Shown here: positions 51,984 through 62,597 of the stretch, one piece after another
Layout: each line of letters begins with the position of its first letter
Numbering within the stretch: position 1 is the stretch's first letter
Assembly: GCA_963744715.1 (NCBI GenBank)
Contig: CAVUUR010000012.1
Location: forward strand, 128,001 to 192,000
Length of the DNA stretch: 64,000 nt
Origin: an uncultured bacterium
GTDB taxonomy: Bacteria > Babelota > Babeliae > Babelales > JACPOV01
Reading direction: 5' to 3'
Notes under the pieces: model-generated
Database searches by the model: none
The model's input: the letters and a program-made list of their open reading frames with translations, nothing else
What the model was told of the DNA's origin: nothing
Program-made: the position numbers and the translations under genes

Positions 51984-52088
51984 TTTTTTATTGGCAGTAC
52001 GCATACCCTTCGTTGACAAATCACCGTTACTCAGATAAACATTATATGCGTTAAAAATTATTTAAAAATAAACAGGAGATATGTATTT

Positions 52089-52646
52089 ATGAAGCGTTCT
52101 TTATTTGCGGTAACGTTAGCAATTCTGGTTGGATCTGAATCAATTTCTGCTACTCCTGACAGTGATCAAAAAAATGTTTTATCACAAAACACAGCCGCTT
52201 TTGCAGCTCATAGTATAGTTTCATTAGGACTTGGATATGTAACCATAACCAAGAGCATTGACCTTGGCCGCTCCATTCCCGGAGAATATAGAGAACTACG
52301 CTACCTGGGCGCAAAGACATATTCTACGCACAAAAAAACTAAAGAATTAGCAACCTTTCACAAACTACTCCCCAGAGTTGTAGAAGAGCATTTAAAAAAT
52401 AGAAATCCCCTGACATATAGCGGCTTTCTAAAACAACTTTTAGATTATAATAACCAGGAAATACATGCATCCTGCTGCTATGCTAGTCTAGATACTATAA
52501 CAACTAGAAAAAATCTGAAAATATTTGGATCCACTTTCCTCAAGCATAATACAAATCGTCTTGTAACGCTCGCAGTTTGCGGATATGGTACCTACTGGTT
52601 TGGCAAAAATGCTTATAATCAAATAGGTCAATCTAAAAAACAATAA
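52089..52646 (+). CDS. Secreted/membrane family-C paralog (C1)
   Basis: CAGGAG RBS; MKRSLFAV signal peptide; C-terminal GYGTYWFGKNA. Confidence 0.75.
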   Translation: MKRSLFAVTLAILVGSESISATPDSDQKNVLSQNTAAFAAHSIVSLGLGYVTITKSIDLGRSIPGEYRELRYLGAKTYSTHKKTKELATFHKLLPRVVEEHLKNRNPLTYSGFLKQLLDYNNQEIHASCCYASLDTITTRKNLKIFGSTFLKHNTNRLVTLAVCGYGTYWFGKNAYNQIGQSKKQ

Positions 52647-52754
52647 TGGTTTTTTATTGGCAATGCGCATATCCTTTATTGACAAATAACGGTCACTCCG
52701 ATAAACATTATATGCGTTGAAAATTATTTAAAAAATAAACAGGAGATTCTATTT

Positions 52755-53339
52755 ATGAAGCGTTCTTTATTTGCGGTAATGTTAGCAACTCTAATTGGGT
52801 CTGAATCAATTTCTGCTACTCCCGACAATGATCAAAAAAATGGCTTATCACAACGTACAGCCGCTTTTGCGGCTCATGGTTTATGCTCGATAGGGTTTGG
52901 ATTGGCAACAGTATTTTTTGGAAAACTTGCACATCAATTTGGCAATACGGAGGCCCGATATGATTTTACAAAGTTTCGTGATACACACAAAGCTTATAAC
53001 TTTGCCCTCAACGAGGAAAAAGCTTTAACGTCCGCTCACGACATAATGCGTACGAGCGTAGATGCGCTCAGCAGAAATAGATCTTACTTTGAATCTGATA
53101 CATCCTATGATAACTTTATAAAGCAACTTAAACACTGCAGGGATGACATCGCTTGCCAAGCCAATAGAGCCTCATGGAATACTCGCCATTTGAACTTGAA
53201 CAGAACTGACGCCATAATAAAACTTTCAGGGCCATCTGCACGCGTTGCAGCGTTAGGTTTTGTAGCCGCGGGCTGTGCTTATGGAACCTATTGGTTTGGC
53301 AAAAATGCTCACAATCGAGTGCGCTCCCTCAAAGAATAA
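52755..53339 (+). CDS. Secreted/membrane family-C paralog (C2)
   Basis: Same upstream region, leader and AYGTYWFGKNA end as C1. Confidence 0.75.
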   Translation: MKRSLFAVMLATLIGSESISATPDNDQKNGLSQRTAAFAAHGLCSIGFGLATVFFGKLAHQFGNTEARYDFTKFRDTHKAYNFALNEEKALTSAHDIMRTSVDALSRNRSYFESDTSYDNFIKQLKHCRDDIACQANRASWNTRHLNLNRTDAIIKLSGPSARVAALGFVAAGCAYGTYWFGKNAHNRVRSLKE

Positions 53340-53341
53340 TA

Positions 53342-53381
53342 ATAATTTTTACGGTCAAATAATATTGACCGTAAAAATTAT
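53342..53381. terminator. Bidirectional terminator hairpin
   Basis: 17-bp perfect inverted repeat ataatttttacggtcaa / ttgaccgtaaaaattat between convergent genes. Confidence 0.85.
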
Positions 53382-53402
53382 GCAACTCATTAGTTCACTA
53401 TG

Positions 53403-56400
53403 TTATTGTGATTCTAATGTGGCAACCTTAGCCTTAAGTATTTCAACTTCATCGGCTAGTACTTTAAGCCTCGCAAGTAATAGCACTGGTAATTCATGAT
53501 ATTTAACCGTTTGCGGTTCTTTATTGTTATCATAAATTACTAAATCCGGCATAATATCCGCCACTTCTTCAGCAATTAAGCCATAATGAGTTTCGTCTGC
53601 CCACTCACGGTCTTTATAATTAAACGTAACAGGTCTTAAATCAAGCACGTTAGACGAAATTATATCTTTAATATTTTTTTTATAGTTGCGAGAAGAAACC
53701 GCAACCCCAAGTTGACCCGCAGAAGAAACTAAAACAGTCGCACCGGTGACCGTAACGCCGGAAATACCAGCAATAAATGCAGATGTAGTACCACCAATAC
53801 GCAACACGCCACTTTCTAGCGCGACACCATTAGAGTTTAAGTATATATTATTACTTTCACTGCCTCCTAAATTATTCCCTGCATCTTGACCTATTGCAAT
53901 ATTACCTGACCCAGATACCAAACTCTGAAGCGCACCCATACCAAAAGCACAATTATTATTTCCTGCACCGGAGAAAGCAACTAATGCACTAAAACCAAAG
54001 GCACAGTTACCACTAGCTCCAGACATGGTTCTCCCGGCTGCCTCGCCAAATGCCGTATTAAAGGTTCCCATAGTTGCATTGCCAGCCAATTTTCCTACTG
54101 CGGTATTTCCGCTTCCATCGCTCACCGAAAGGGCCATCGCCGTTCCAGAACCTGAAAATTTTACGGTACCACCTGATCCAGTAGTTGCATCAAGCGATAG
54201 CGAAATTCCGCTCACTGATCCTGAATCATTACTGATGGTAAACGTCTGAAAGGTAGGGGCGTTGCCCGTACCGTTTGACGTTAATATTTGGCCAGCAGTA
54301 CCAACCGCGGTGGTATTCAATAGAGTACCATCATAATACACAACGCCATCAGTATTAGTCATTGATGTAGCATTAGTACCACCATTTGCAATCGAAACCG
54401 GCGTTGAAAGAGCTATCGTTGCACTGCCGCCAAGTGATACTGGCGAACCGGTTACTGATATTCCCGTACCACTGTTTAAAGTAATTGAACTGTTAGTTAA
54501 CGCAGCATTAGGTACCGTACCAAAACTTGGATCGGCTCCCGTATTACCCAAAAGAACCGTATTGGTCGCTCCAACTGCCACTGAACTTAATGATCCACTA
54601 CTATTACCAATTTGAACTGCGTGATTAGTAGTACCCGATACGTTAACGGTCATAGTAGCGGCACTGCCAGACGTTGTTATATTATTGCCGCCTTCGATAG
54701 TAACGGTCGATCCGGAGATTGAACCGGTATTACCATTGATAGTTTCTATACTTGTCGCAAGTGTCTGAAAGGTTGGGGCATTGCCCGTGCCATTTGACGT
54801 TAGTAATTGGCCAGCAGTACCAACCGTGGTGGTATTTAATTTAGTGCCATCATAATACACAACGCCATCGGTATTAGTCATCGATGTAGCATTTGTACCA
54901 CCATTTGCAATCGAAACCGGCGTTGAAAGAGCTATTGTCGCACTGCCGCCAAGTGATACTGGCGAGCCGGTTACTGATATTCCTGTGCCACTGTTTAAGG
55001 TAATTGAACTGTTAGTTAATGCGGCATTAGGTACCGTGCCAAAACTTGGATCTGCACCGGTATTGCCTAAAAGAACCGTATTGGTTGCTCCAACCGCCAC
55101 TGAACTTAATGAACCAGTACTATTACCAATTTGAACGGCATGATTGGTAGTGCCCGATACAGAAACCGTCATAGTACTTCCACTGCCAGACGTTGTTATA
55201 TTATTGCCACCCTCGATAGTAACGGTCGATCCGGAGATTGAACCGGTATTACCATTGATAGTTTCTATACTTGTCGCAAGTGTCTGAAAGGTTGGGGCAT
55301 TGCCCGTGCCATTTGACGTTAGTAATTGGCCAGCAGTACCAACCGTGGTGGTATTTAATTTAGTGCCATCATAATACACAACGCCATCAGCATTAGTCAT
55401 CGATGTAGCATTCGTACCACCATTTGCAATCGATACGGGTGCTGCTATTGCATATGATAAGGTGGTAGCATTAGCAGTTACTGATAATCCTGAACCAGCA
55501 GTTGGTGTTATAAATGAAGGTGCACCCGCACTCCCAAGAAGCACTTGTCCCGCTGTGCCCGCCGTTGTTGCTGTTATTGGCGAAGTTCCACTTCCTAATA
55601 AAACACCATTTGAGGTTAAGGTAGTTGCTCCAGTACCGCCGTTTGCAACTGAAACGGGTGTTGAAAGATTTATCGTCGCACTGCCTCCGAGTGATACTGG
55701 TGATCCGGTAACTGATATTCCTGTGCCACTGTTTAAGGTAATTGAACTGTTAGTTAATGCGGCATTAGGTACCGTGCCAAAACTTGGATCTGCACCGGTG
55801 TTGCCTAAAAGAACCGTATTGGTTGCTCCAACCGCCACTGAACTTAATGAACCAGTACTATTACCAATTTGAACGGCATGATTGGTAGTGCCCGATACAG
55901 AAACCGTCATAGTACTTCCACTGCCAGACGTTGTTATATTATTGCCACCCTCGATAGTAACGGTCGATCCGGAGATTGAACCGGTATTACCATTGATAGT
56001 TTCTATACTTGTCGCAAGTGTCTGAAAGGTTGGGGCATTGCCCGTGCCATTTGACGTTAGTAATTGGCCAGCAGTACCAACCGTGGTGGTGTTCAATTTA
56101 GTGCCATCGTAATACACAACGCCATCAGTATTAGTCATCGATGTAGCATTTGTACCGCCATTTGCAATCGATACGGGCGTTGAAAGATTTATCGTCGCAC
56201 TGCCGCCAAGTGATACTGGTGATCCGGTAACTGATATTCCTGTGCCACTGTTTAAGGTAATTGAACTGTTAGTTAATGCGGCATTAGGTACCGTGCCAAA
56301 ACTTGGATCTGCACCGGTATTGCCTAAAAGCACGGTATTGGTTGCTCCAACTGCTACTGAACTTAATGAACCGGTACTATTACCAATTTGAACGGCATGA

Positions 56401-57350
56401 TTAGTAGTACCTGATACAGAAACCGTCATAGTAGTACTTCCATCGCCAGATGTCGTTATATTATTGCCACCTTCAATAGTAACCATAGATCCCGATATTG
56501 AACCCGTATTACCGTCGATATCTGATATGCCTGATCCACCGCTACCTGTTACAAAAATAGGTGACAGCCCCGGGCCGCGAGAAGTCAAAATTTGGCCAGC
56601 AATACCCACCGCGGTGGTATTCAATAGAGTACCATCATAATACACAACACCGTTGGCATTAGTCATTGATGTAGCATTCGTACCGCCATCTGCAATTGAA
56701 ACGGGAACCGTGAGATTTACGATTGGATTTGCCGTTGAACCCGTAATCGTTATTCCCGTACCACCAGTAACGGATGCTACGTTACCGGTACCTACCGGAG
56801 ATCCATTAATCAACAAGGTACCATTTACACTTAAGGTACCATTTACTATTTCAAAACCATTCACTATCAATGCGTGATTTACTGCTAAAAATCCAACCGT
56901 TAAATCACGTTTGAATTTAGAACTTTTATAATGATTTTCATCAACATTCATATCACTAGGTTCTACATACAGATCACCTAAGATTAATTTTGTTTTATAC
57001 TCCTCAATATCTGATCTGATGCTATCTAATGGCGCATTGCATTCGTGTAACGCAATTGAAGCTAAGCATTCATCAACCACGCACATCATTGATGAGTACT
57101 CTGCAATATCTCCTTCATGTTCAATATCCTGGCATAACCTTTTGAATGCTAATGACCATTCATGATCAACCAAAACTTTTTCGAGTGCCAAAAGCGCCGT
57201 TTGAAGCTCTGGAGAAAGATATACCAGCTTAGCATTGTCAATCTCTTGTTTTTCTGATCGTTCATTACCTTGATCCAATGCAACTAACATGTTTGGTGAG
57301 AACGTAAGATATAACAACGATAATAATATGATAAATTTTTTATTAACCAC
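53403..57350 (-). CDS. Giant G/S/T-rich repetitive fibre/adhesin-like protein with C-terminal Peptidase_S74 chaperone domain (1315 aa)
   Basis: GTG start after AGGAG; signal peptide; 4 repeats of about 173 aa; SSRNYKKNIKDI..LRPVTFNYK..YGLIAEEV followed by a coiled coil. Confidence 0.88.
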   Translation of the reverse strand: MVNKKFIILLSLLYLTFSPNMLVALDQGNERSEKQEIDNAKLVYLSPELQTALLALEKVLVDHEWSLAFKRLCQDIEHEGDIAEYSSMMCVVDECLASIALHECNAPLDSIRSDIEEYKTKLILGDLYVEPSDMNVDENHYKSSKFKRDLTVGFLAVNHALIVNGFEIVNGTLSVNGTLLINGSPVGTGNVASVTGGTGITITGSTANPIVNLTVPVSIADGGTNATSMTNANGVVYYDGTLLNTTAVGIAGQILTSRGPGLSPIFVTGSGGSGISDIDGNTGSISGSMVTIEGGNNITTSGDGSTTMTVSVSGTTNHAVQIGNSTGSLSSVAVGATNTVLLGNTGADPSFGTVPNAALTNSSITLNSGTGISVTGSPVSLGGSATINLSTPVSIANGGTNATSMTNTDGVVYYDGTKLNTTTVGTAGQLLTSNGTGNAPTFQTLATSIETINGNTGSISGSTVTIEGGNNITTSGSGSTMTVSVSGTTNHAVQIGNSTGSLSSVAVGATNTVLLGNTGADPSFGTVPNAALTNSSITLNSGTGISVTGSPVSLGGSATINLSTPVSVANGGTGATTLTSNGVLLGSGTSPITATTAGTAGQVLLGSAGAPSFITPTAGSGLSVTANATTLSYAIAAPVSIANGGTNATSMTNADGVVYYDGTKLNTTTVGTAGQLLTSNGTGNAPTFQTLATSIETINGNTGSISGSTVTIEGGNNITTSGSGSTMTVSVSGTTNHAVQIGNSTGSLSSVAVGATNTVLLGNTGADPSFGTVPNAALTNSSITLNSGTGISVTGSPVSLGGSATIALSTPVSIANGGTNATSMTNTDGVVYYDGTKLNTTTVGTAGQLLTSNGTGNAPTFQTLATSIETINGNTGSISGSTVTIEGGNNITTSGSAATMTVNVSGTTNHAVQIGNSSGSLSSVAVGATNTVLLGNTGADPSFGTVPNAALTNSSITLNSGTGISVTGSPVSLGGSATIALSTPVSIANGGTNATSMTNTDGVVYYDGTLLNTTAVGTAGQILTSNGTGNAPTFQTFTISNDSGSVSGISLSLDATTGSGGTVKFSGSGTAMALSVSDGSGNTAVGKLAGNATMGTFNTAFGEAAGRTMSGASGNCAFGFSALVAFSGAGNNNCAFGMGALQSLVSGSGNIAIGQDAGNNLGGSESNNIYLNSNGVALESGVLRIGGTTSAFIAGISGVTVTGATVLVSSAGQLGVAVSSRNYKKNIKDIISSNVLDLRPVTFNYKDREWADETHYGLIAEEVADIMPDLVIYDNNKEPQTVKYHELPVLLLARLKVLADEVEILKAKVATLESQ

Positions 57351-57370
57351 GCCGTCTCCTTTTTTTGCTT

Positions 57371-60300
57371 CTAGTTCACTATGGTATTTTTTGATTCTAA
57401 TGTAGCAATTTTAACCCCGAGCCTTCTAATTTCATCGTCAGTATTGAGTCTTTCAGCCTTAAGTACTGCAATTTCATGAGCTAATACTTTAAGCTGTGCA
57501 AGTAATAGCACCGGCAATTCATGATATTTAACCGTTTGCGGTTCTTTATTGTTATCATAAATTACTAAATCCGGAATAGTATCCGCCACTTCTTCAGCAA
57601 TTAAGCCGTAGTGAATTTCATCTTCCCACTCACGGTCTTTATAATTAAACGTGACAGGTCTTAAATCAAGCACGTTAGATGAAATTATATCTTTAATATT
57701 TTTTTTATATCGGGCGGAAGAAGCCGCAACCCCAAGCTGACCTGCAGCAGAAACTAAAACAGTCGCACCGCTGACCGTAACGCCAGAAATACCAGCAATA
57801 AATGCAGCTGTAGTACCACCGATACGAAGTTTCCCACTTTCTGCCGCGACGCCATCATGGTTTAAATATATATTATTGCTTTCGCTACTTGATAAATTAC
57901 TTCCTGCGAATAGACCTATTGCAATATTACCTGTCCCGGTCGTCAAACTCACAAGTGCTTCTCCACCTAAAGCACAATTGCCATTACTACCAGTCGTTAG
58001 CGCAAGACCAGCTCCTAGGCCCACCACGTTATTAGAGCTTCCCATAGTTGCATTTCCAGCTGATGCCCCTATTGCTATATTATTATTTGCATCGGTCATC
58101 GAAAGAGTCATTGCGGTTCCAGAACCAGAAAATTTTACCGTAGCCCCAGCACCAGATCCAGCCTTAAGCGAAAGCGAGTTTCCGGTCACTGATCCTGAAT
58201 CGTTGGTAATCGTAAATGTCTGAAAGGTAGGGGCATTGCCGGTACCGTTCGAAGTTAATAATTGTCCAGCAGTACCAACCGTGGTGGTATTCAATTTAGT
58301 ACCATCATAATACACAACGCCGTCGGTGTTAGTCATCGATGTAGCATTCGTACCGCCATCCGCAATCGTCACGGGCACTGCTAGTGCATATGATAAGGTG
58401 GTAGCATTATTGGTTATCGACAATCCTGCCCCGGCCGTTGGTGTTATAAATGAAGGTGCACCTGAACTTCCAATAAGAACTTGGCCACCTGTTCCTGCTG
58501 TTGTTGCTGTTATTGGCGAAGTTCCATTTCCTAACAAAACACCATTAGAGGTCAGGGTAGATGCTCCAGTACCACCGTTTGCAACTGAAACCGGCGTTGT
58601 AAGAGCTATTGTCGCACTGCCGCCAAGCGATACTGGCGAGCCGGTTACTGTTATTCCTGTTCCACTTGTTAAGGTAATCGAACTGTTACTTAACGCAGCA
58701 TTCGGTACCGTACCAAAACTTGGAGCTGCGCCGGTGTTACCTAAAAGAACCGTATTCGTTGCGCCAACCGCTATCGAAGTTAATGAACCACTACTATTAC
58801 CAATTTGAACAGCATCATTGGTAGTACCCGATACAGCGACCGTCATAACAGTTCCACTGCACGTTGTGTTTATATTACTTGAACCTGTGCCTGAAATAGT
58901 AACGGTCGTCCCAGTAACGGAACCCGTATTACCATCGATAGTTGCTATACGCGTCAAAGCATTCTGAAAACTAGGAGCAACGCCGGCACCATTTGACGTT
59001 AATAATTGGCCGGCAGTACCAACCGTGGTGGTGTTCAATTTAGTGCCATCATAATACACAACGCCGTCGGTGTTAGTCATCGATGTAGCATTTGTACCGC
59101 CATCCGCAATCGTCACGGGCACTGCTAGTGCATATGATAGGGTGGTAGCATTATTGGTTATCGACAATCCTGCCCCGGCCGTTGGTGTTATAAATGAAGG
59201 CGCACCTGAACTTCCAATAAGAACTTGTCCACCCGTTCCTGCTGTTGTTGCTGTTATTGGCGAAGTTCCATTTCCTAACAAAACACCATTTGAGGTTAAG
59301 GTAGATGCTCCAGTTCCTCCGTTTGCAACCGATACCGGCGTTGAAAGAGCTATCGTTGCACTGCTGCCAAGTGATACTGGCGAGCCGGTTACTGTTATTC
59401 CTGTTCCACTGTTTAAGGTAATTGAGCTATTGGTTAGTGCAGCATTCGGTACCGTGCCAAAACTTGGATCGGCGCCAGTGTTACCTAAAAGAACCGTATT
59501 GGTTGCTCCAACCGCTACCGGACTTAGCGAACCACTACTATTACCAATTTGAACTGCATGATTAGTAGTACCCGATACGGAAACCGTCATGATAGTGCCA
59601 CCATTGCCAGAAGTTGTTATATTATTGCCGCCTGCAATCGTAACGGTCGATCCGGATATTGAACCCGTATCACCATTGATAGTTGTTATACCCGACGCGG
59701 CGGCTGATTGAAAGGTAGGGGCACTACCACTACCATTCGAAGTTAATACTTGGCCAGCAGTACCAACGGTTGTGGTGTTCAATTTAGTACCATCATAATA
59801 CACAACGCCGTCGGTGTTAGTCATCGATGTAGCATTCGTACCGCCATCCGCAATCGTCACGGGCACTGCTAGTGCATATGATAGGGTGGTAGCATTATTG
59901 GTTATCGACAATCCTGCCCCGGCCGTTGGTGTTATAAATGAAGGTGCGCCTGAACTTCCAATGAGAATTTGTCCACCCGTTCCTGCTGTTGTTGCGGTTA
60001 TTGGCGAAGTTCCATTTCCCAACAAAACGCCATTTGAAGTTAAGGTAGATGCTCCAGTTCCTCCGTTTGCAACCGATACCGGCGTTGAAAGAGCTATCAT
60101 TGCACTACCGCCAAGTGCTACCGGTGATCCGGTCACTGATATTCCTGTACCACTGTTTAAGGTAATTGAGCTATTGGTTAGTGCGGCATTAGGTACCGTC
60201 CCAAAACTTGGATCAGCACCCGTGTTGCCTAAAAGAACCGTATTGGTTGCTCCAACCGCTACCGAACTTAATGAACCGGTACTATTGCCAATTTGAACTG

Positions 60301-62302
60301 CATGATTAGTAGTGCCCGATACAGAAACCATCATAGTGGCAATATCATCGCCAGAAGTTTCTATATTATTGCCGCCTGAAATCGTAACGGTCGATCCGGA
60401 GATTGAACCCGAATCGCCATTGATAGTCGTTATACTTGTCGCAAGTGTCTGAAAGGTTGGGGCGTTACCGGCACCGTTCGAAGTTAATAATTGGCCAGCA
60501 GTACCAACCGTGGTGGTATTCAATTTAGTACCATCATAATACACAACACCATTGGCATTAGTCATTGATGTAGCATTCGTACCGCCATCCGCAATCGTCA
60601 CGGGTATTGCAAGACTTATCATTGCACTACCGCCAAGTGCGACCGGCGAGCCGGTTACTGATATTCCTACACCATCCGTTAAGGTAATTGAACTGTTAGT
60701 TAACGCGGCATTCGGTACCGTACCAAAACTTGGATCAGCACTCGTGTTGCCTAAAAGAACCGTATTGGTTGCTCCAACCGCCACTGAACTTAATGAACCG
60801 GTACTATTACCAATTTGAACGGCATGATTAGTAGTACCCGATACGTTAACGGTCATAGTAGCGGCACTGCCAGACGTTGTTATATTATTGCCACCCTCAA
60901 TAGTAACGGTCGATCCGGAGATTGAACCGGTATTACCATTGATAGTTTCTATACTTGTCGCAGACGTCTGGAAGGTTGGGGCATTGCCCGTGCCATTTGA
61001 CGTTAATACTTGACCAGCAGTACCAACCGCGGTGGTATTCAATTTAGTACCATCATAATACACAACGCCATCGGTATTAGTCATCGATGTAGCATTAGTA
61101 CCGCCATTTGCAATCGAGACTGGCGTTGAAAGAGTTATCGTCGCACTGCCGCCAAGTGCTACTGGCGAGCCGGTAACTGATATTCCTGTACCACTGTTTA
61201 AGGTAATTGAACTATTAGTTAACGCAGCATTAGGCACCATACCAAAACTTGGATCAGCACCCGTGTTACCTAAAAGAACCGTATTGGTCGCTCCAACCGC
61301 TACTGAACTTAATGAACCGGTACTATTACCAATTTGAACGGCATGATTGGTAGTACCCGATACGGAAACCGTCATAGTAGTGCCACTACCAGAAGTTGTT
61401 ATATTACTGCCAATGGGACCTGAAATAATAACGGTCGATCCGGATATTGCACCCGAATTGCCATCGATATTTGCTATGCCTGACCCACCACTACCCGTTA
61501 CAAAAATAGGTGACACGCCCGGTCCGCGGGAAGTTAAAATTTGGCCAGCAGTACCAACCGCGGTAGTATTCAATAGAGTACCATCGTAATACACAACGCC
61601 GTTGGCATTAGTCATTGATGTAGCATTCGTACCACCATTGGCAATTGAAACGGGAACGGTTAAATTCACCACCGGATTTACCGTCGGATTTCCCGTAATA
61701 GTTATTCCCGTACCACCGGTAACCGATGCTACGCTACCGGTACCTGGGGAAGATCCATTAACCAACAAGGTGCCATTTACACTTAACGTGCCGTTTACTA
61801 TTTCAAAACCATTCACTATTAATGCGTGATTCACTGCTAAAAATCCGACGGTTAAATCACGTTTGAATTTTGAACTTTTATAATGATTCTCATCAACATT
61901 CATATCACCAGGTTCTACGTACAGATCACCTAAGATTAATTTTGTTTTATATTCTTCAATATCTGATCTGATGCTATCTAATGGCGCATTGCATTCGTGT
62001 AACGCAATTGAATCTAAACATTCATTAACCACGTACATCAGTGATGAGTACTCTGCAATATCTCCTTCATGTTCAATATCCTGGCACAACCTTTTGAATG
62101 CTAATGACCATTCATGATCAACCAAAGCTTTTTCGAGTGCCAAAAGCGCCGTTTGAAGCTCGGGAGAAAGATATACCAGTTTAGCATTGTCAATCTCTTG
62201 TTTTTCTGATCGTTCATTACCTTGATCCAATGCAACTAACATGTTTGGTGGGAACGTAAGATATAACAACGATAATAATACGATAACTTTTTTATTAACC
62301 AC
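57371..62302 (-). CDS. Paralogous giant fibre/adhesin-like protein with Peptidase_S74 domain (1643 aa)
   Basis: N-terminal about 180 aa nearly identical to its neighbour; 5 repeats; SSARYKKNIKDI..YGLIAEEV. Confidence 0.88.
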   Translation of the reverse strand: MVNKKVIVLLSLLYLTFPPNMLVALDQGNERSEKQEIDNAKLVYLSPELQTALLALEKALVDHEWSLAFKRLCQDIEHEGDIAEYSSLMYVVNECLDSIALHECNAPLDSIRSDIEEYKTKLILGDLYVEPGDMNVDENHYKSSKFKRDLTVGFLAVNHALIVNGFEIVNGTLSVNGTLLVNGSSPGTGSVASVTGGTGITITGNPTVNPVVNLTVPVSIANGGTNATSMTNANGVVYYDGTLLNTTAVGTAGQILTSRGPGVSPIFVTGSGGSGIANIDGNSGAISGSTVIISGPIGSNITTSGSGTTMTVSVSGTTNHAVQIGNSTGSLSSVAVGATNTVLLGNTGADPSFGMVPNAALTNSSITLNSGTGISVTGSPVALGGSATITLSTPVSIANGGTNATSMTNTDGVVYYDGTKLNTTAVGTAGQVLTSNGTGNAPTFQTSATSIETINGNTGSISGSTVTIEGGNNITTSGSAATMTVNVSGTTNHAVQIGNSTGSLSSVAVGATNTVLLGNTSADPSFGTVPNAALTNSSITLTDGVGISVTGSPVALGGSAMISLAIPVTIADGGTNATSMTNANGVVYYDGTKLNTTTVGTAGQLLTSNGAGNAPTFQTLATSITTINGDSGSISGSTVTISGGNNIETSGDDIATMMVSVSGTTNHAVQIGNSTGSLSSVAVGATNTVLLGNTGADPSFGTVPNAALTNSSITLNSGTGISVTGSPVALGGSAMIALSTPVSVANGGTGASTLTSNGVLLGNGTSPITATTAGTGGQILIGSSGAPSFITPTAGAGLSITNNATTLSYALAVPVTIADGGTNATSMTNTDGVVYYDGTKLNTTTVGTAGQVLTSNGSGSAPTFQSAAASGITTINGDTGSISGSTVTIAGGNNITTSGNGGTIMTVSVSGTTNHAVQIGNSSGSLSPVAVGATNTVLLGNTGADPSFGTVPNAALTNSSITLNSGTGITVTGSPVSLGSSATIALSTPVSVANGGTGASTLTSNGVLLGNGTSPITATTAGTGGQVLIGSSGAPSFITPTAGAGLSITNNATTLSYALAVPVTIADGGTNATSMTNTDGVVYYDGTKLNTTTVGTAGQLLTSNGAGVAPSFQNALTRIATIDGNTGSVTGTTVTISGTGSSNINTTCSGTVMTVAVSGTTNDAVQIGNSSGSLTSIAVGATNTVLLGNTGAAPSFGTVPNAALSNSSITLTSGTGITVTGSPVSLGGSATIALTTPVSVANGGTGASTLTSNGVLLGNGTSPITATTAGTGGQVLIGSSGAPSFITPTAGAGLSITNNATTLSYALAVPVTIADGGTNATSMTNTDGVVYYDGTKLNTTTVGTAGQLLTSNGTGNAPTFQTFTITNDSGSVTGNSLSLKAGSGAGATVKFSGSGTAMTLSMTDANNNIAIGASAGNATMGSSNNVVGLGAGLALTTGSNGNCALGGEALVSLTTGTGNIAIGLFAGSNLSSSESNNIYLNHDGVAAESGKLRIGGTTAAFIAGISGVTVSGATVLVSAAGQLGVAASSARYKKNIKDIISSNVLDLRPVTFNYKDREWEDEIHYGLIAEEVADTIPDLVIYDNNKEPQTVKYHELPVLLLAQLKVLAHEIAVLKAERLNTDDEIRRLGVKIATLESKNTIVN

Positions 62303-62541
62303 GCCATCTCCTTATCTTTTTTATGAATATTCTCACCATAAACAAATAGCAAGATTGTAAGTCAAGACATATATCAATTAACTTTAATTTCAATAACTCA
62401 ACGGACATTTTCTAACTCAGCCAAGTTAATAAACAGGAAAAACAAGAGCGCATGACACTATCAAAAACGTTACCCGTTAGTTATTTTTTAACGTAAGCAT
62501 TTTTTACTTTAGAAACTCTACTTTTTAAATTTTTATTGTAT

Positions 62542-62561
62542 ACTGATTAAGCTTAATCAGT
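62542..62561. promoter_or_regulatory. Perfect 20-bp palindrome, candidate operator
   Basis: ACTGATTAAG|CTTAATCAGT in the divergent intergenic region, 36 nt before the dnaE ATG. Confidence 0.45.
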
Positions 62562-62597
62562 CTTATTTTCTGTCTACAAAGGAACGTTTTTTACAAC

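Noticed and set aside
54025..61829. Plus-strand V/P/A-rich ORFs
   Set aside because: Antisense shadows of the G/T/S-rich fibre genes, recurring with each repeat.
53403..62302. CRISPR array or prophage
   Set aside because: The repeats are long in-frame coding units without unique spacers; no cas, capsid, terminase or integrase genes are present.
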